Assembly: GCA_964014485.1 (NCBI GenBank)
Contig: CAXHAT010000010.1
Coordinates: 5,150-69,149, forward strand
Direction: 5' to 3'
Length of the DNA: 64,000 nucleotides
Origin: an uncultured Deferribacteres bacterium
GTDB taxonomy: Bacteria > Zhuqueibacterota > Zhuqueibacteria > Zhuqueibacterales > Geothermadaptataceae
This document shows, in pieces, positions 20,301 through 29,106 of the stretch (position 1 is its first letter; every line of letters begins with the position of its first letter). The position numbers and the translations under genes are program-made. Below the pieces are notes generated by a model, which had not been told where the DNA came from, ran no database searches, and saw nothing but the letters and a program-made list of their open reading frames with translations.

Positions 20301-21055
20301 CTAAGAATCAAAAAACCGAATCTTCGACCTTTAACGGATTTGATGATCTGCTTCGGGAAGAGATTTTGAGTAATTTTGAAGATGCGGCTTCGAATCTAAT
20401 TTTTGAGGAAGCATTTGACGAAGACGACAGTTTTGAAGGACCTGGGTCTGAATTGGAGAGCGGCTCGACGGGTTTGCTCGCAAAAGAGCATGTTTCGAAA
20501 TCTGATCAAAGGAAACCTCGGCAATTCGCCGAGTTTTCAGAAGAGAGTCTTGAAGTGACCGTTCGCAGCGACCAGGTCAGCGACACGAAGAACGAGCCGG
20601 TCAAAGTTGTCGGCAACGAAACCGTCGAAGCTTCAGCGCCGATAACGAACCTTGCAGCGGAACGTGTTGAAAAAGACAAGTTGTTGCTCGCCGGATTGAG
20701 TTATTATAAACGGCAAGAATTTGATAAGACGATAAATGAACTTCGAGAAGCTGTGGCGAATTATCCGGATTTTAAAGAAGCGCACAGCGTACTCGGTAAC
20801 GCATATTTTAGAAAAAACCAGTTTGCGCAAGCAACTGAAGCTTATCATCGTGTTTTGGAGCTTGACCCAACGGATACGACGGCGCGAGAAAACATTGGCG
20901 TCATCTGCGCCAATCAAGGGAAATTGCAGGAAGCAATTGAACAATGGCGCTTGATTATTCAAGGGGATCCGACGCGAAAAGATATCGAGAAAAAAATAGA
21001 AAAAGCAGAAAAAATATTGCAACGAAAACCTGTTTTGGCAGATAGTTTCCGTTGA
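17393..21055 (+). CDS. multidomain partner-switching protein: RsbW/SpoIIAB-type Ser kinase, 2 TM + sensor region, HAMP, PP2C (SpoIIE/RsbU-type) phosphatase, HTH-like segments, acidic linker and TPR
   Basis: GTG start. The N-terminal ~150 aa carry HATPase boxes (AIDEAGTNIIRHAY, LIDQGKYFD, GGLGIFIIRKLMDEIDY). TM helices lie near aa 172-195 and 344-366. PP2C motifs GGDYYDF, VADVSGKGVPGSLVM, YTDGITEA and DDITLV span ~nt 18670-19390. HTH-like stretches include GMSIKDACEDAGITTYAYYNKY and ELGARRISEELN. TPRs lie at the C-terminus (AYFRKNQFAQATEAYHRVLELDP). Confidence 0.75.
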   Translation: MFKSTIKEQLKVPAHVDYLSELRAFVTRVGRKHGISDKAVNAFKLAIDEAGTNIIRHAYRDIAESGFILLRVIIRKASVTVSLIDQGKYFDLRNVKDPDLKRYVEIGKRGGLGIFIIRKLMDEIDYRKTEEGNELRLTKYRQGSKSKNGAAKTSEVESPVGIPLTLKVKYFIRTGAVVTVAIAIWYLYLFMRSGANIQETRLSDLHGFGMRLGNSLSQNPSIPDDPLFTLNYIEATFKEQENWLREIVLYDKHGTIIAHSDKQRLLDGAEEYEPRPENRKRVYENIFKNSVKVDEAAGNKDIYNFVTELTDTLTQASIGEVHVRIFKENIDNEIFSQRFEDAKLALFILLSGYVGALILIYFLLNPFRRLSDWVQRMDHGDEVEDEMDIDSSTEIGEIARAFSDITTKFRESQKNLAKQEQLQKEMQVAQEIQQTLLPTEFPNLEGYELASMYQAAKEVGGDYYDFVEVDKDTLGIVVADVSGKGVPGSLVMTMIRTALRTEARGVYDAAEVLARVNNFVVSDMKKGMFVTIFYVIIDSKRRRLNYASAGHNPMILYRPSVKKTYYLNPKGFPIGIQLAEKDLFRKSIESDTIQLAEDDILILYTDGITEAMNNERALFGDERLLKVIRNYGHLRVEPFVEKLNSEIESFTEGGIQYDDITLVSIKEKTSPEKEELRRAKLAHKAILGGMSIKDACEDAGITTYAYYNKYKKQFDEFGADNYEIDEENSVEAKHISIEDKTKVFDIIKNAPELGARRISEELNTEKYGFVEIPESKIYEELVRSRLNTKQLREAYIARGGPKKRRMKPPGTPMLTLDGRVIIDRKEHELKPIQSQGTGEKVATEPGKPPIEIKRRESKAKSKTNVDMTVLSTPIEDLLEKTRSIKAQKTAASGIQDDQAKEGKPPESAEETDERVRAPQATDDVSFEDLFADGGFELDSASETEKANDSLTNDADAIADKSQAKGDGGRSKNQKTESSTFNGFDDLLREEILSNFEDAASNLIFEEAFDEDDSFEGPGSELESGSTGLLAKEHVSKSDQRKPRQFAEFSEESLEVTVRSDQVSDTKNEPVKVVGNETVEASAPITNLAAERVEKDKLLLAGLSYYKRQEFDKTINELREAVANYPDFKEAHSVLGNAYFRKNQFAQATEAYHRVLELDPTDTTARENIGVICANQGKLQEAIEQWRLIIQGDPTRKDIEKKIEKAEKILQRKPVLADSFR

Positions 21056-21120
21056 CAATAAGCAAGGGCGATTGTATATTTCGCGCTTCCTTGCAATAAA
21101 CATCATTGTAGGAGTCAGCC

Positions 21121-21813
21121 ATGGAAGGTATTCAGGTGTCTGTGGAACGTACAGGAGTTAATAAGAACATCGCTGTGATCAAGGTTGGCGGGTATATCGA
21201 TACAACGACTTCCGCTGAGCTTGAGCATTCTCTTGACACGCTCCTAAAACAAGGCATTTATAAAATAATCATCGATCTGGGCAACGTTGACTATATCAGC
21301 AGCGCCGGATGGGGCATCTTCATCAGCGAGATAAAGGGCATTAGAGAACGAGGCGGGGACTTAAAGCTCGTTCGCATGATTCCGGACGTTTATGAAGTTT
21401 TTGAATTGCTGGAATTCCACTATATTTTGAAAGCTTTCGACGCTCTTGAAGATGCAGTCAGCGATTTTGAGAAAGGCGGCGCAAATTTCGCCGAAAAACC
21501 TGCTGCGGTTTCCGCTGCGCCAAAGGCTTCAAATGTTCCTGGCGGCGGAGCTGATTCGATGGTTGCGCAACAGACTGCAACGGCGACAGCAAATCGTTCG
21601 CAAAAAGCCCCGAATTCAATTGAAGACAGGGTGCGCGCCGCGGTTATTTCAGACCCGGAAGCCGGTACGTTCAAGCTGAAGAAAATATTGAAGTCAAATG
21701 CTCACGGCAATACGAGCATCGGCTTTTTTGAGCTTCGCGGCATGTTGAAAAAGCTTCGGCTCGATTCGAAACAAAAGAGAATCCAATTTTTTCGGCAACG
21801 CGCTACACGATAG
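21121..21813 (+). CDS. STAS-domain anti-sigma-factor antagonist (RsbV/SpoIIAA-like) with ~115-aa C-terminal extension
   Basis: The STAS pattern is IAVIKVGGYIDTTTSAELE...IIIDLGNVDYISSAGWGIFI, with the phosphorylatable Ser in DYISSAG. The extension is an Ala/Pro-rich linker plus a basic tail. Confidence 0.8.
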   Translation: MEGIQVSVERTGVNKNIAVIKVGGYIDTTTSAELEHSLDTLLKQGIYKIIIDLGNVDYISSAGWGIFISEIKGIRERGGDLKLVRMIPDVYEVFELLEFHYILKAFDALEDAVSDFEKGGANFAEKPAAVSAAPKASNVPGGGADSMVAQQTATATANRSQKAPNSIEDRVRAAVISDPEAGTFKLKKILKSNAHGNTSIGFFELRGMLKKLRLDSKQKRIQFFRQRATR

Positions 21814-21876
21814 CCGTTTCTGTATGTTGACCTGCCAAAATTTACTCGACGCCTACTCGCACACACACCTTTGATC

Positions 21877-21905
21877 TTGGCAAGTTCCGCCACATTGCGA
21901 TAATT
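21877..21905 (+). promoter_or_regulatory. candidate sigma70-type promoter for icd (TTGGCA - 17 nt - ATAATT)
   Basis: TTGGCA lies at 21877-21882, followed by a 17-nt spacer and ATAATT at 21900-21905. This is ~33 nt upstream of the icd ATG (21939), with a GGAGG-like site in between. Pattern match only; the promoter consensus of this lineage is unknown. Confidence 0.3.
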
Positions 21906-21938
21906 ACAATTCCTGAAAACGATTACTGGAGGCATGGG

Positions 21939-23180
21939 ATGGAGTTCGATAAAATCCGCCAACCTGAGTTCGGGGAGCGGATTACTATTTCCGACAACAA
22001 ATTGCAAATTCCCGATCAACCGATTATTCCGTTTATCGAAGGCGACGGCATTGGCGTAGACATTTGGCCTGCGTCCCGGCGCGTTTTTGACGCTGCGGTG
22101 GAAAAAGCTTACGACGGTCAAAAAAAGATATCCTGGATGGAAATATTCGCCGGTGAGAAAGCCCAGGAAGTTTACGGCGAATGGTTGCCGGAAGACACTT
22201 TTAACGCGATCCGCCATTACATCATCGCCATCAAAGGGCCGTTGACAACGCCGGTAGGCGGCGGCTTTCGCAGCTTGAACGTAACGTTGCGCCAAGTGCT
22301 CGATTTGTACGCGTGCGTGCGTCCGGTGAAATATTATTCCGGCGTCCCGGCCCCCGTCACTCGCCCTGATCGCATGGATGTCGTAATTTTCCGGGAGAAC
22401 ACGGAAGACGTTTACTCGGGCGTTGAATTTAGGCAAGGTGAAGCTGAAACGGCAAAATTAATTGAGTTTATCAACTCAAGCTTTAATAAAAATGTACGCA
22501 CAGATTCCGGTATCGGCATCAAGCCGATCAGCGTTTTTGGCACAAAACGTTTGGTGCGCAAAGCGATTGAGTTTGCCATTGACCAGAAACGCAAAAGCGT
22601 AACTTTGGTGCATAAAGGCAACATCATGAAATTTACCGAAGGCGCTTTTAAAGAATGGGGCTATGAGCTGGCAAAAGAAGAATTCGGCGACCATACGATC
22701 ACGGAAGATGAATTGTGGGACGATTTCGGCGGCAAACAGCCGGAAGGAAAAATCGTCATCAAAGATCGCATCGCCGACAATATGTTCCAGCAAATTCTCA
22801 CGCGAACCGACGAGTATGACGTTATCGCGACTTCAAACTTAAACGGCGATTACCTTTCCGACGCATGTGCGGCGCAAGTCGGCGGGCTTGGTATGGCGCC
22901 AGGCGCAAACATCAGCGACCATGTCGGCTTGTTTGAAGCAACGCACGGCACCGCGCCCAAGTATGCCGGACAGGACAAAGTCAATCCAGGTTCGGTCATT
23001 CTTTCAGGTCTGATGATGCTGCAGTACATGGGCTGGCAAGAAGCCGCTGGTTTAATTGAATCGGCGCTCGGAAAAACCATTCTGCAGAAGCGAGTGACTT
23101 ACGACCTTGAGCGTCAGATGGACGGCGCGACGCTGCTCAAATGCTCCGAATTCGCGGAAGCGATTGTTGAAAATATGTAA
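21939..23180 (+). CDS. icd: NADP-dependent isocitrate dehydrogenase
   Basis: 413 aa. Contains [31 protein letters not shown] and [10 protein letters not shown], the classic prokaryotic homodimeric IDH signature. Confidence 0.9.
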   Translation: MEFDKIRQPEFGERITISDNKLQIPDQPIIPFIEGDGIGVDIWPASRRVFDAAVEKAYDGQKKISWMEIFAGEKAQEVYGEWLPEDTFNAIRHYIIAIKGPLTTPVGGGFRSLNVTLRQVLDLYACVRPVKYYSGVPAPVTRPDRMDVVIFRENTEDVYSGVEFRQGEAETAKLIEFINSSFNKNVRTDSGIGIKPISVFGTKRLVRKAIEFAIDQKRKSVTLVHKGNIMKFTEGAFKEWGYELAKEEFGDHTITEDELWDDFGGKQPEGKIVIKDRIADNMFQQILTRTDEYDVIATSNLNGDYLSDACAAQVGGLGMAPGANISDHVGLFEATHGTAPKYAGQDKVNPGSVILSGLMMLQYMGWQEAAGLIESALGKTILQKRVTYDLERQMDGATLLKCSEFAEAIVENM

Positions 23181-23229
23181 ATTGATCATTTCTCAGTGAA
23201 AAAGCAGGGCGATTCGTCCTGCTTTTTTT

Positions 23230-24222
23230 ATGCTCATGTTTGTTGATTACGCCAAAATTTTTGTGGAATCCGGTCGCGGCGGCAGCGGTTGCGTCAGCTT
23301 TCGACGTGAAAAGTTTGTGCCCAAAGGCGGTCCGGACGGCGGCGACGGCGGTCGTGGCGGCAGCGTAATCGCGGTCGGCAACGCCCACATGCACAGCCTG
23401 CTGGATTTCCAGAGCCGTAAACACTTTCGCGCAAAGCGAGGCGAACACGGCAAAGGCGCCAACAAACACGGCAAGGGCGCGCAGGACGTCATCATCAAAG
23501 TTCCAGTCGGGACGATGATCTACGACAACATTTCCGGCGAACTGCTTGGCGATATCAAAGAAGCGGATCAGCGCCTTGTCCTGGCAAAAGGGGGCAAAGG
23601 CGGGCCTGGAAACGCACGGTACGTTACCCCGACGAACCAGGCGCCGCGTGAGTGGAAACCAGGGGTTCCCGGCGAAGAAAAAGAAGTTCGACTTGAGCTA
23701 AAGTTGATTGCTGACGTCGGTTTGGTCGGATTGCCGAACGCCGGAAAATCGACGCTACTTTCAAGAATTTCAAATGCTCGCCCTAAAATCGCCGACTATC
23801 CTTTTACAACGCTAAAACCGAATCTTGGCGTTGTAAAATACCGCGACAAATTTTCTTTTGTGATTGCTGATATTCCCGGTCTAATCGAAGGCGCGCACAC
23901 AGGAAAAGGTCTCGGCCACGAGTTTTTGCGACACATTGAGCGCACAAAAGTTCTGCTTTTTATGATCGATATTACCGCTGACGATCCTTTCGAAGACTTG
24001 CGAACCTTGCAAGAAGAACTGGAACAATATGATCAAGAACAGTTGAATAAGCCAAAAATCTTGGCGATCAATAAATGCGACGTGTTTTCAAAAGAAGATT
24101 TAAATCTTGAAGCGCCGCGTGAATTTGACGCAGTTTTTTATATTTCCGCAGTGACCGGCGAAGGGCTGGTTGCATTGAAAGACGCAATTTGGCAAAAACT
24201 GTCGAAAGAAAATCCAAGCTAA
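23230..24222 (+). CDS. obg: GTPase Obg/CgtA
   Basis: Has the Obg-fold glycine-rich N-terminus (GGPDGGDGGRGGSV). G motifs are GLPNAGKST, DIPGLIEGA and NKCD. Confidence 0.9.
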   Translation: MLMFVDYAKIFVESGRGGSGCVSFRREKFVPKGGPDGGDGGRGGSVIAVGNAHMHSLLDFQSRKHFRAKRGEHGKGANKHGKGAQDVIIKVPVGTMIYDNISGELLGDIKEADQRLVLAKGGKGGPGNARYVTPTNQAPREWKPGVPGEEKEVRLELKLIADVGLVGLPNAGKSTLLSRISNARPKIADYPFTTLKPNLGVVKYRDKFSFVIADIPGLIEGAHTGKGLGHEFLRHIERTKVLLFMIDITADDPFEDLRTLQEELEQYDQEQLNKPKILAINKCDVFSKEDLNLEAPREFDAVFYISAVTGEGLVALKDAIWQKLSKENPS

Positions 24223-24241
24223 AAAATGGCGGGACGGGGAA

Positions 24242-25357
24242 GTGAGCGGATGGTTTGAAAACCCGGAAGAAATTCGGATATTGCTCAACCTGACTCAGGT
24301 CAAGGGGGTTGGCGGAGCAAGCATTCGCGCTCTCATTGAACGATTTAAGTCTCCCAAAGAAATTTGCCGCGCGAACATCAAAGCGTTGACAACCGTCCCC
24401 AGGGTTACCTCCGAAATTGCACAAGCCGTCAAAAATGCTCAAACGATGACGTTTGGCGATCAGCAGCTTGCGACGGCGGAAAAACTCAAAGTAAAGATTC
24501 TCGCCTACTGGACGCCCGCCTATCCTGATCTGCTGCGCCGCATTCCCGATCCGCCTGTTGTGTTATTTGTGAACGGCGATTTAGAAAAGCTCAACGGTTT
24601 CAATATAGCAATTGTCGGCACGCGCAGTCCGACGGTTTACGGCAAGCGTGTCACGGAAAAGCTGGCAAAGGATTTGGTCGCCGAAGGTGCGCTCATCATC
24701 AGCGGTCTCGCACGCGGCGTCGATGCCGCGGCGCACATCCAGACATTGAAAAGCGGCGGAAGAACGGTTGCAATTTTGGGAACCGGCCTGGATATTTTAT
24801 ACCCGCCAGAGAACAGCGCCATCGCCGAAAAGATCGTACGAAGCGGCGCCCTGATTTCCGAATTTCCGTTCGGTACAAAACCCGACGCGACGAATTTCCC
24901 GCGCAGGAATCGTATTATCAGCGGCATGTCTCTCGGCGTAATTGTTGTTGAGGCGCGGGAACGCAGCGGCGCATTGATTACTGCGCATCTGGCGCTGGAG
25001 CAAAACCGTGAAGTTTTTTCAATTCCCGGCAGTATTTTCTCCGCCCAAAGCGCCGGAACGCACGCGCTCCTGAAAGAAGGTGCAAAATGCGTCACGCACA
25101 TCGGCGACATTTTGGAAGAATTGCCCAAACAAGGCGAACTTTTCGCACGACAAGAACTGACGGAAAACACAATGCTTTCAATGAGTCCGCAGGAAAAAGA
25201 AATCTTCAGAAAATTGAGCCGCGAACCGTTGCACATTGACGCCCTATCACGATCAAGCGGAAAAACGCCGTCCGAATTGCTGTCAATCCTTTTACAGCTC
25301 GAATTCTCCGGCGCGGTCAAGCAATTACCGGGGAAAATGTTTGTACGGGACGTCTGA
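24242..25357 (+). CDS. dprA: DNA-processing protein DprA/Smf
   Basis: Contains IVGTRSPTVYG, GLARGVDAAAH and FP.RNRIISG, plus a C-terminal winged-helix-like tail. Confidence 0.85.
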   Translation: MSGWFENPEEIRILLNLTQVKGVGGASIRALIERFKSPKEICRANIKALTTVPRVTSEIAQAVKNAQTMTFGDQQLATAEKLKVKILAYWTPAYPDLLRRIPDPPVVLFVNGDLEKLNGFNIAIVGTRSPTVYGKRVTEKLAKDLVAEGALIISGLARGVDAAAHIQTLKSGGRTVAILGTGLDILYPPENSAIAEKIVRSGALISEFPFGTKPDATNFPRRNRIISGMSLGVIVVEARERSGALITAHLALEQNREVFSIPGSIFSAQSAGTHALLKEGAKCVTHIGDILEELPKQGELFARQELTENTMLSMSPQEKEIFRKLSREPLHIDALSRSSGKTPSELLSILLQLEFSGAVKQLPGKMFVRDV

Positions 25358-26544
25358 TGAATATTTCAAACCTGCGCTCAGAAACGCCCGGCTGCCTAGA
25401 TCGCATCCATCTGAACAACGCCGGCGCTGCGCTCATGCCGTCGTGTGTTGTAAAAGTTATTCAGGATTATATCGCGTTAGAAAGCCGCATCGGCGGTTAT
25501 GAAGCATATGATGCGCGCCACGATGAAATAAACGCCGCTTACCGAGCCGTCGCGGCATTGCTCGGAACACAGTCGCAAAATATCGCATTTACTGAAAATG
25601 CGACTGTTTCCTACGCGCAAACCTTGTCCGCGATTCCCTTTACACACGACGATGTTCTCCTGACGACCAACAATGACTATGTCTCCAACCAAATCCAATT
25701 TCTTTCCCTGCAAAAGCGGTTCGGCGTTCAGGTTTTGCGCGCTCCGGACCTTTCTGAAGGCGGGGTTGACGTACAGGCTATGGCGGATTTGATTCGTCGT
25801 CGTCGCCCTAAGTTGGTCAGCGTAACGCATATTCCGACAAATTCGGGCCTTATTCAGGACGTGTACGCGATTGGCAAAATTTGCCGTGAGGAAAACGTGC
25901 TTTACTTGGTGGACGCCTGTCAGTCAATTGGCCAAATGCCGGTCTATGTTAATGAAATTGGCTGTGATTTTTTGGCTGCCACCTCGCGTAAATTTCTGCG
26001 CGGCCCGCGTGGATCGGGATTTCTTTATGTCTCAAATCGCGTGTTGCAACAAGGTTTAGAGCCTTTGTTTCTCGATTTGCGCGGCGCTGACTGGACTGCC
26101 AAAGACGACTATCGCATTGCGGGCGACGCCAAGCGTTTTGAAAACTGGGAGTCCGCATGGGCGCTTGTACTCGGAACCGGAGAAGCCGCCCGTTATGCAA
26201 AAAACATTGGATTGGAAAAAATTCAAACGCGCGTCAAGTATTTGGCTGAACAACTCAGAGAAAAACTGGGCGCGATAGAAGGCGTGCGCGTATTGGACGA
26301 GGGAAAAGAGCGCGGCGGCATTGTCACGGTTTGGGTTGAAGGTTGGGAGCCAATCGATCTCATGACTGCTCTGCGAAAGCGGCGCATCAATGTTTCCGCC
26401 CAAACGCGAAGCTCCGCCGTTATCGATTATGGAAGAAAAGGCGTGACTGGAGCGCTGCGCCTCTCGCCTCACTATTACAACGCTGAGGAAGAAATCGAAC
26501 AAGCGGTGTTAGCGATTCAGCAAATGATCGATTCTGATTCGTGA
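25357..26544 (+). CDS. class V PLP-dependent aminotransferase / cysteine desulfurase-like enzyme
   Basis: The start overlaps the dprA stop (ATGA). HLNNAGAALMP, VTHIPTNSG and DACQSIGQ fit class V fold-type I enzymes. The substrate cannot be assigned. Confidence 0.7.
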   Translation: MNISNLRSETPGCLDRIHLNNAGAALMPSCVVKVIQDYIALESRIGGYEAYDARHDEINAAYRAVAALLGTQSQNIAFTENATVSYAQTLSAIPFTHDDVLLTTNNDYVSNQIQFLSLQKRFGVQVLRAPDLSEGGVDVQAMADLIRRRRPKLVSVTHIPTNSGLIQDVYAIGKICREENVLYLVDACQSIGQMPVYVNEIGCDFLAATSRKFLRGPRGSGFLYVSNRVLQQGLEPLFLDLRGADWTAKDDYRIAGDAKRFENWESAWALVLGTGEAARYAKNIGLEKIQTRVKYLAEQLREKLGAIEGVRVLDEGKERGGIVTVWVEGWEPIDLMTALRKRRINVSAQTRSSAVIDYGRKGVTGALRLSPHYYNAEEEIEQAVLAIQQMIDSDS

Positions 26545-26567
26545 AGCAACAAATTTTTTGAGAATGC

Positions 26568-28256
26568 CTACAAATTCATTCGATTCAACTCTTTCACCGC
26601 GTGATCGCAAGCTCTGGCGGTCAGCGCCATGTAGGTGATCGATGGATTCTGACAAGCGGAGGACGTCATGCACGAACCGTCGGTCACGAAAACATTTGGG
26701 GCTTCGTGGCATTGATTATGAGCGTTTAAAACCGAAGTTTTCGGGTCTTTTCCCATCCGCGCCGTGCCCATCTCATGAATACAAAGTCCCGGAGGCGAGG
26801 GCAAATTGTAAGTGTAAACTTGTTTTCCTCCAGCCGCCTCAAGCATTTCTACCACGTTCGTGACGATTTCTTTCTTAATGTTCTGCTCGTTTTCGCGATA
26901 AGTGCAGTGGATGTCCAAAGTAGGAATTCCCCATTCATCTGTCTTGTCGCCGCTCAGTTCGACGTAGTTGTCTTCGTAAGGCAAACATTCACCCCAGCCG
27001 CCAATATTCATCCGCCAGGGGCCCGGCTCGCGAAGCGCATTTTTGAAATCAGCGCCGAAGCCGGGCATTTTCATGCCGCGTCCCCAACCGTCGCGCCACG
27101 CGCCGCCTTGAAAACCATAGCCGCGCAGAAAATTCGGGTGCTGTTTTTTGATATTCTGAAATCGCGGGATATAAATGCCGTTTGGTCGCTTGCCTGAAAA
27201 ATACTTGTCTTCAAATCCTTCAAACGTTGCGCCCGCGCCGGAGTCATAGGTGTGATCCATTAAATAATGGCCCAACGCGCCGCTGCCGTTTGCAAACCCG
27301 TTTGGGAATCGGGACGAGGTGGAGTTGAGCATGATTTGCGTCGTGCCAAGCGTGGAAGCGCACATAAAAACAATGCGCGCTTTGTACTCAATGTCTTGCC
27401 TGGTGTTCGCATCAATCACCCGCACGCCGGTCGCACGATTTTTCGTCTCGTCGAACATGATGCTGTGCGCGATGCTGTCGGTTTTAATGGTCAAATTCCC
27501 GGTGGCTAAAGCGGCGGGGAGAGTCGCGCTCGGGCTGCTGAAATACGAGCCCGTTGAACAGCCTCGTTGACATGGGCCGCAGTAATGACAAGCTGCGCGA
27601 CCGTTGTGAGCTTGCGTAAGCACGGCGCAGCGCCCAATCGTCATCATGCGGTCTGAAAAATGCTTTGCGATGCTTTCTTTAACATGCTGTTCGACGCAAC
27701 TCATTTGCATCGGCGGCAAGAACTTTCCGTCCGGCAACTGCGGCAAGCCTTCCGCCTGACCGCTGATTCCGGCGAATGTTTCGACGTAATCGTACCATGG
27801 CGCAATGTCTTTGTAGCGAATCGGCCAATCGACGCCAAAACCGTCCTTTGCGTTTGCCTCAAAATCAAGATCGCTCCAGCGATAGCATTGGCGCGCCCAA
27901 GTCAGGGAGCGACCGCCCAAATGATAACCGCGAATCCAGGAAAAAGGTTTGTCGGCGGGGGTTGAGTACGGATGTCGTTTGTCGTTGGCAAAAAAATGTT
28001 TTGTCGATTCGTTGAAGGCGTAGCATTGCTTTTGAACTTGGTATTCATCTTCGAAAAGCTGACGTTCGCCCTGAAGGCGGTACGGATATTCCCACTCCGG
28101 TTTATGCTCCGTCACATAATCTTTTCCATGCTCTACGTGCCTGCCGCGTTCGAGCAGCACGACCTTAAGGCCTTTCTCGGCCAACTCTTTCGCCGCCCAA
28201 CCGCCTGTGATTCCGGAACCTACAACAATCGCATCGAATTCATTCGTGTTCGGCAT
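26568..28256 (-). CDS. GMC-family FAD oxidoreductase (gluconate 2-dehydrogenase flavoprotein-like)
   Basis: FAD motif FDAIVVGSGITGGWAAKELAEKGLKVVLLERG plus a GMC C-terminal region. I prefer the Met at 28256 (MPNTNEF) over the ORF-track start at 28358, whose extra 34 aa look non-coding. Confidence 0.8.
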   Translation of the reverse strand: MPNTNEFDAIVVGSGITGGWAAKELAEKGLKVVLLERGRHVEHGKDYVTEHKPEWEYPYRLQGERQLFEDEYQVQKQCYAFNESTKHFFANDKRHPYSTPADKPFSWIRGYHLGGRSLTWARQCYRWSDLDFEANAKDGFGVDWPIRYKDIAPWYDYVETFAGISGQAEGLPQLPDGKFLPPMQMSCVEQHVKESIAKHFSDRMMTIGRCAVLTQAHNGRAACHYCGPCQRGCSTGSYFSSPSATLPAALATGNLTIKTDSIAHSIMFDETKNRATGVRVIDANTRQDIEYKARIVFMCASTLGTTQIMLNSTSSRFPNGFANGSGALGHYLMDHTYDSGAGATFEGFEDKYFSGKRPNGIYIPRFQNIKKQHPNFLRGYGFQGGAWRDGWGRGMKMPGFGADFKNALREPGPWRMNIGGWGECLPYEDNYVELSGDKTDEWGIPTLDIHCTYRENEQNIKKEIVTNVVEMLEAAGGKQVYTYNLPSPPGLCIHEMGTARMGKDPKTSVLNAHNQCHEAPNVFVTDGSCMTSSACQNPSITYMALTARACDHAVKELNRMNL

Positions 28257-28362
28257 TTTGTTTTCTCGGTATGGTTTGTTTTTGGAAAATACGCAGGAGT
28301 GCAAAGCTTGCTTTGCCCAAGACGCCGATAGAAGAAGCAAGGCAAGCCTTGCACTCATTTTT

Positions 28363-29106
28363 TCAGCTCAAGCACGTTCGCAACTCATTCCAGAGTGCGA
28401 GATAAGCTTTTGATGAAACGCTCTTTGGTGCAGTGGAAACGACAGGCTCTCGCGTGACGCCCATTTTTTCGATGTCCGACAAATAAGGGATGCGGACGTC
28501 GAAAAAGTGATTTTTCGTTTTCGACAATGCTTCGATTGTTTCGGTATGCAATTTTTTTCGCTTTTCCACCATCGAAAAGAGACCGGAGATTTTTGCGCGA
28601 TTCATATCTTGATCTTTAAAAAAGCCGGTCAGTTGCTTGAATGTATTGATGGAAAGCGAGGTGGGGATTACAGGTACGACGATTAAGTCAGCGGCGCGAA
28701 AGACATTCTCGGAAACAAGAGTCAGGTTTGGCGGGCAATCCAGGAAAATATAGTCATAATCGGTCGAGAAATAATCCAGCGTCTCGGAGAGCCGCTTCTT
28801 CGATCGTTTTGCGGCGTCCAGCGCCAGATCGAGATTGCGAAAGGAAAGGTGGGCGGGCAATAAGTCGAGACCTTCGAAGTCCGTGCCGCGAATGTGCTTG
28901 TCAAGCTTGCCGCCGCCGCGAACGATGTTTTCCGGGGAGAGTTTTTTACGCGGGCGAATACGAAAATAATAGGAAGATGCGCCTTGCGGATCAAGGTCGC
29001 AAAGCAGCGTGCGCTTTTGGTTTTGCGAGGCGAGCCAGGCAAGATTGACCGAAGTTGCGGTTTTGCCAACCCCGCCTTTAATACTGTAGAGAGCAATGAT
29101 TTTCAC
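28363..29106 (-). CDS. orphan ParA/MinD-family P-loop ATPase
   Basis: Deviant Walker A with signature lysine (YSIKGGVGKTAT). Also CDLDPQGA and IFLDCPP. No ParB-like gene lies nearby. Its start overlaps the stop of the CYTH-CHAD gene by 4 nt. Confidence 0.85.
   Translation of the reverse strand: MKIIALYSIKGGVGKTATSVNLAWLASQNQKRTLLCDLDPQGASSYYFRIRPRKKLSPENIVRGGGKLDKHIRGTDFEGLDLLPAHLSFRNLDLALDAAKRSKKRLSETLDYFSTDYDYIFLDCPPNLTLVSENVFRAADLIVVPVIPTSLSINTFKQLTGFFKDQDMNRAKISGLFSMVEKRKKLHTETIEALSKTKNHFFDVRIPYLSDIEKMGVTREPVVSTAPKSVSSKAYLALWNELRTCLS

Noticed and set aside
21702-22436. 244-aa minus-strand ORF overlapping the STAS gene's 3' end and the icd 5' half
   Set aside because: It overlaps two confidently identified genes on the opposite strand and has no family resemblance.
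28257-28358. 34-codon N-terminal extension of the GMC oxidoreductase ORF
   Set aside because: The FAD-binding beta-alpha-beta motif must sit at the extreme N-terminus. The Met at 28256 gives the canonical spacing, and the extension resembles neither a Tat nor a Sec signal convincingly.
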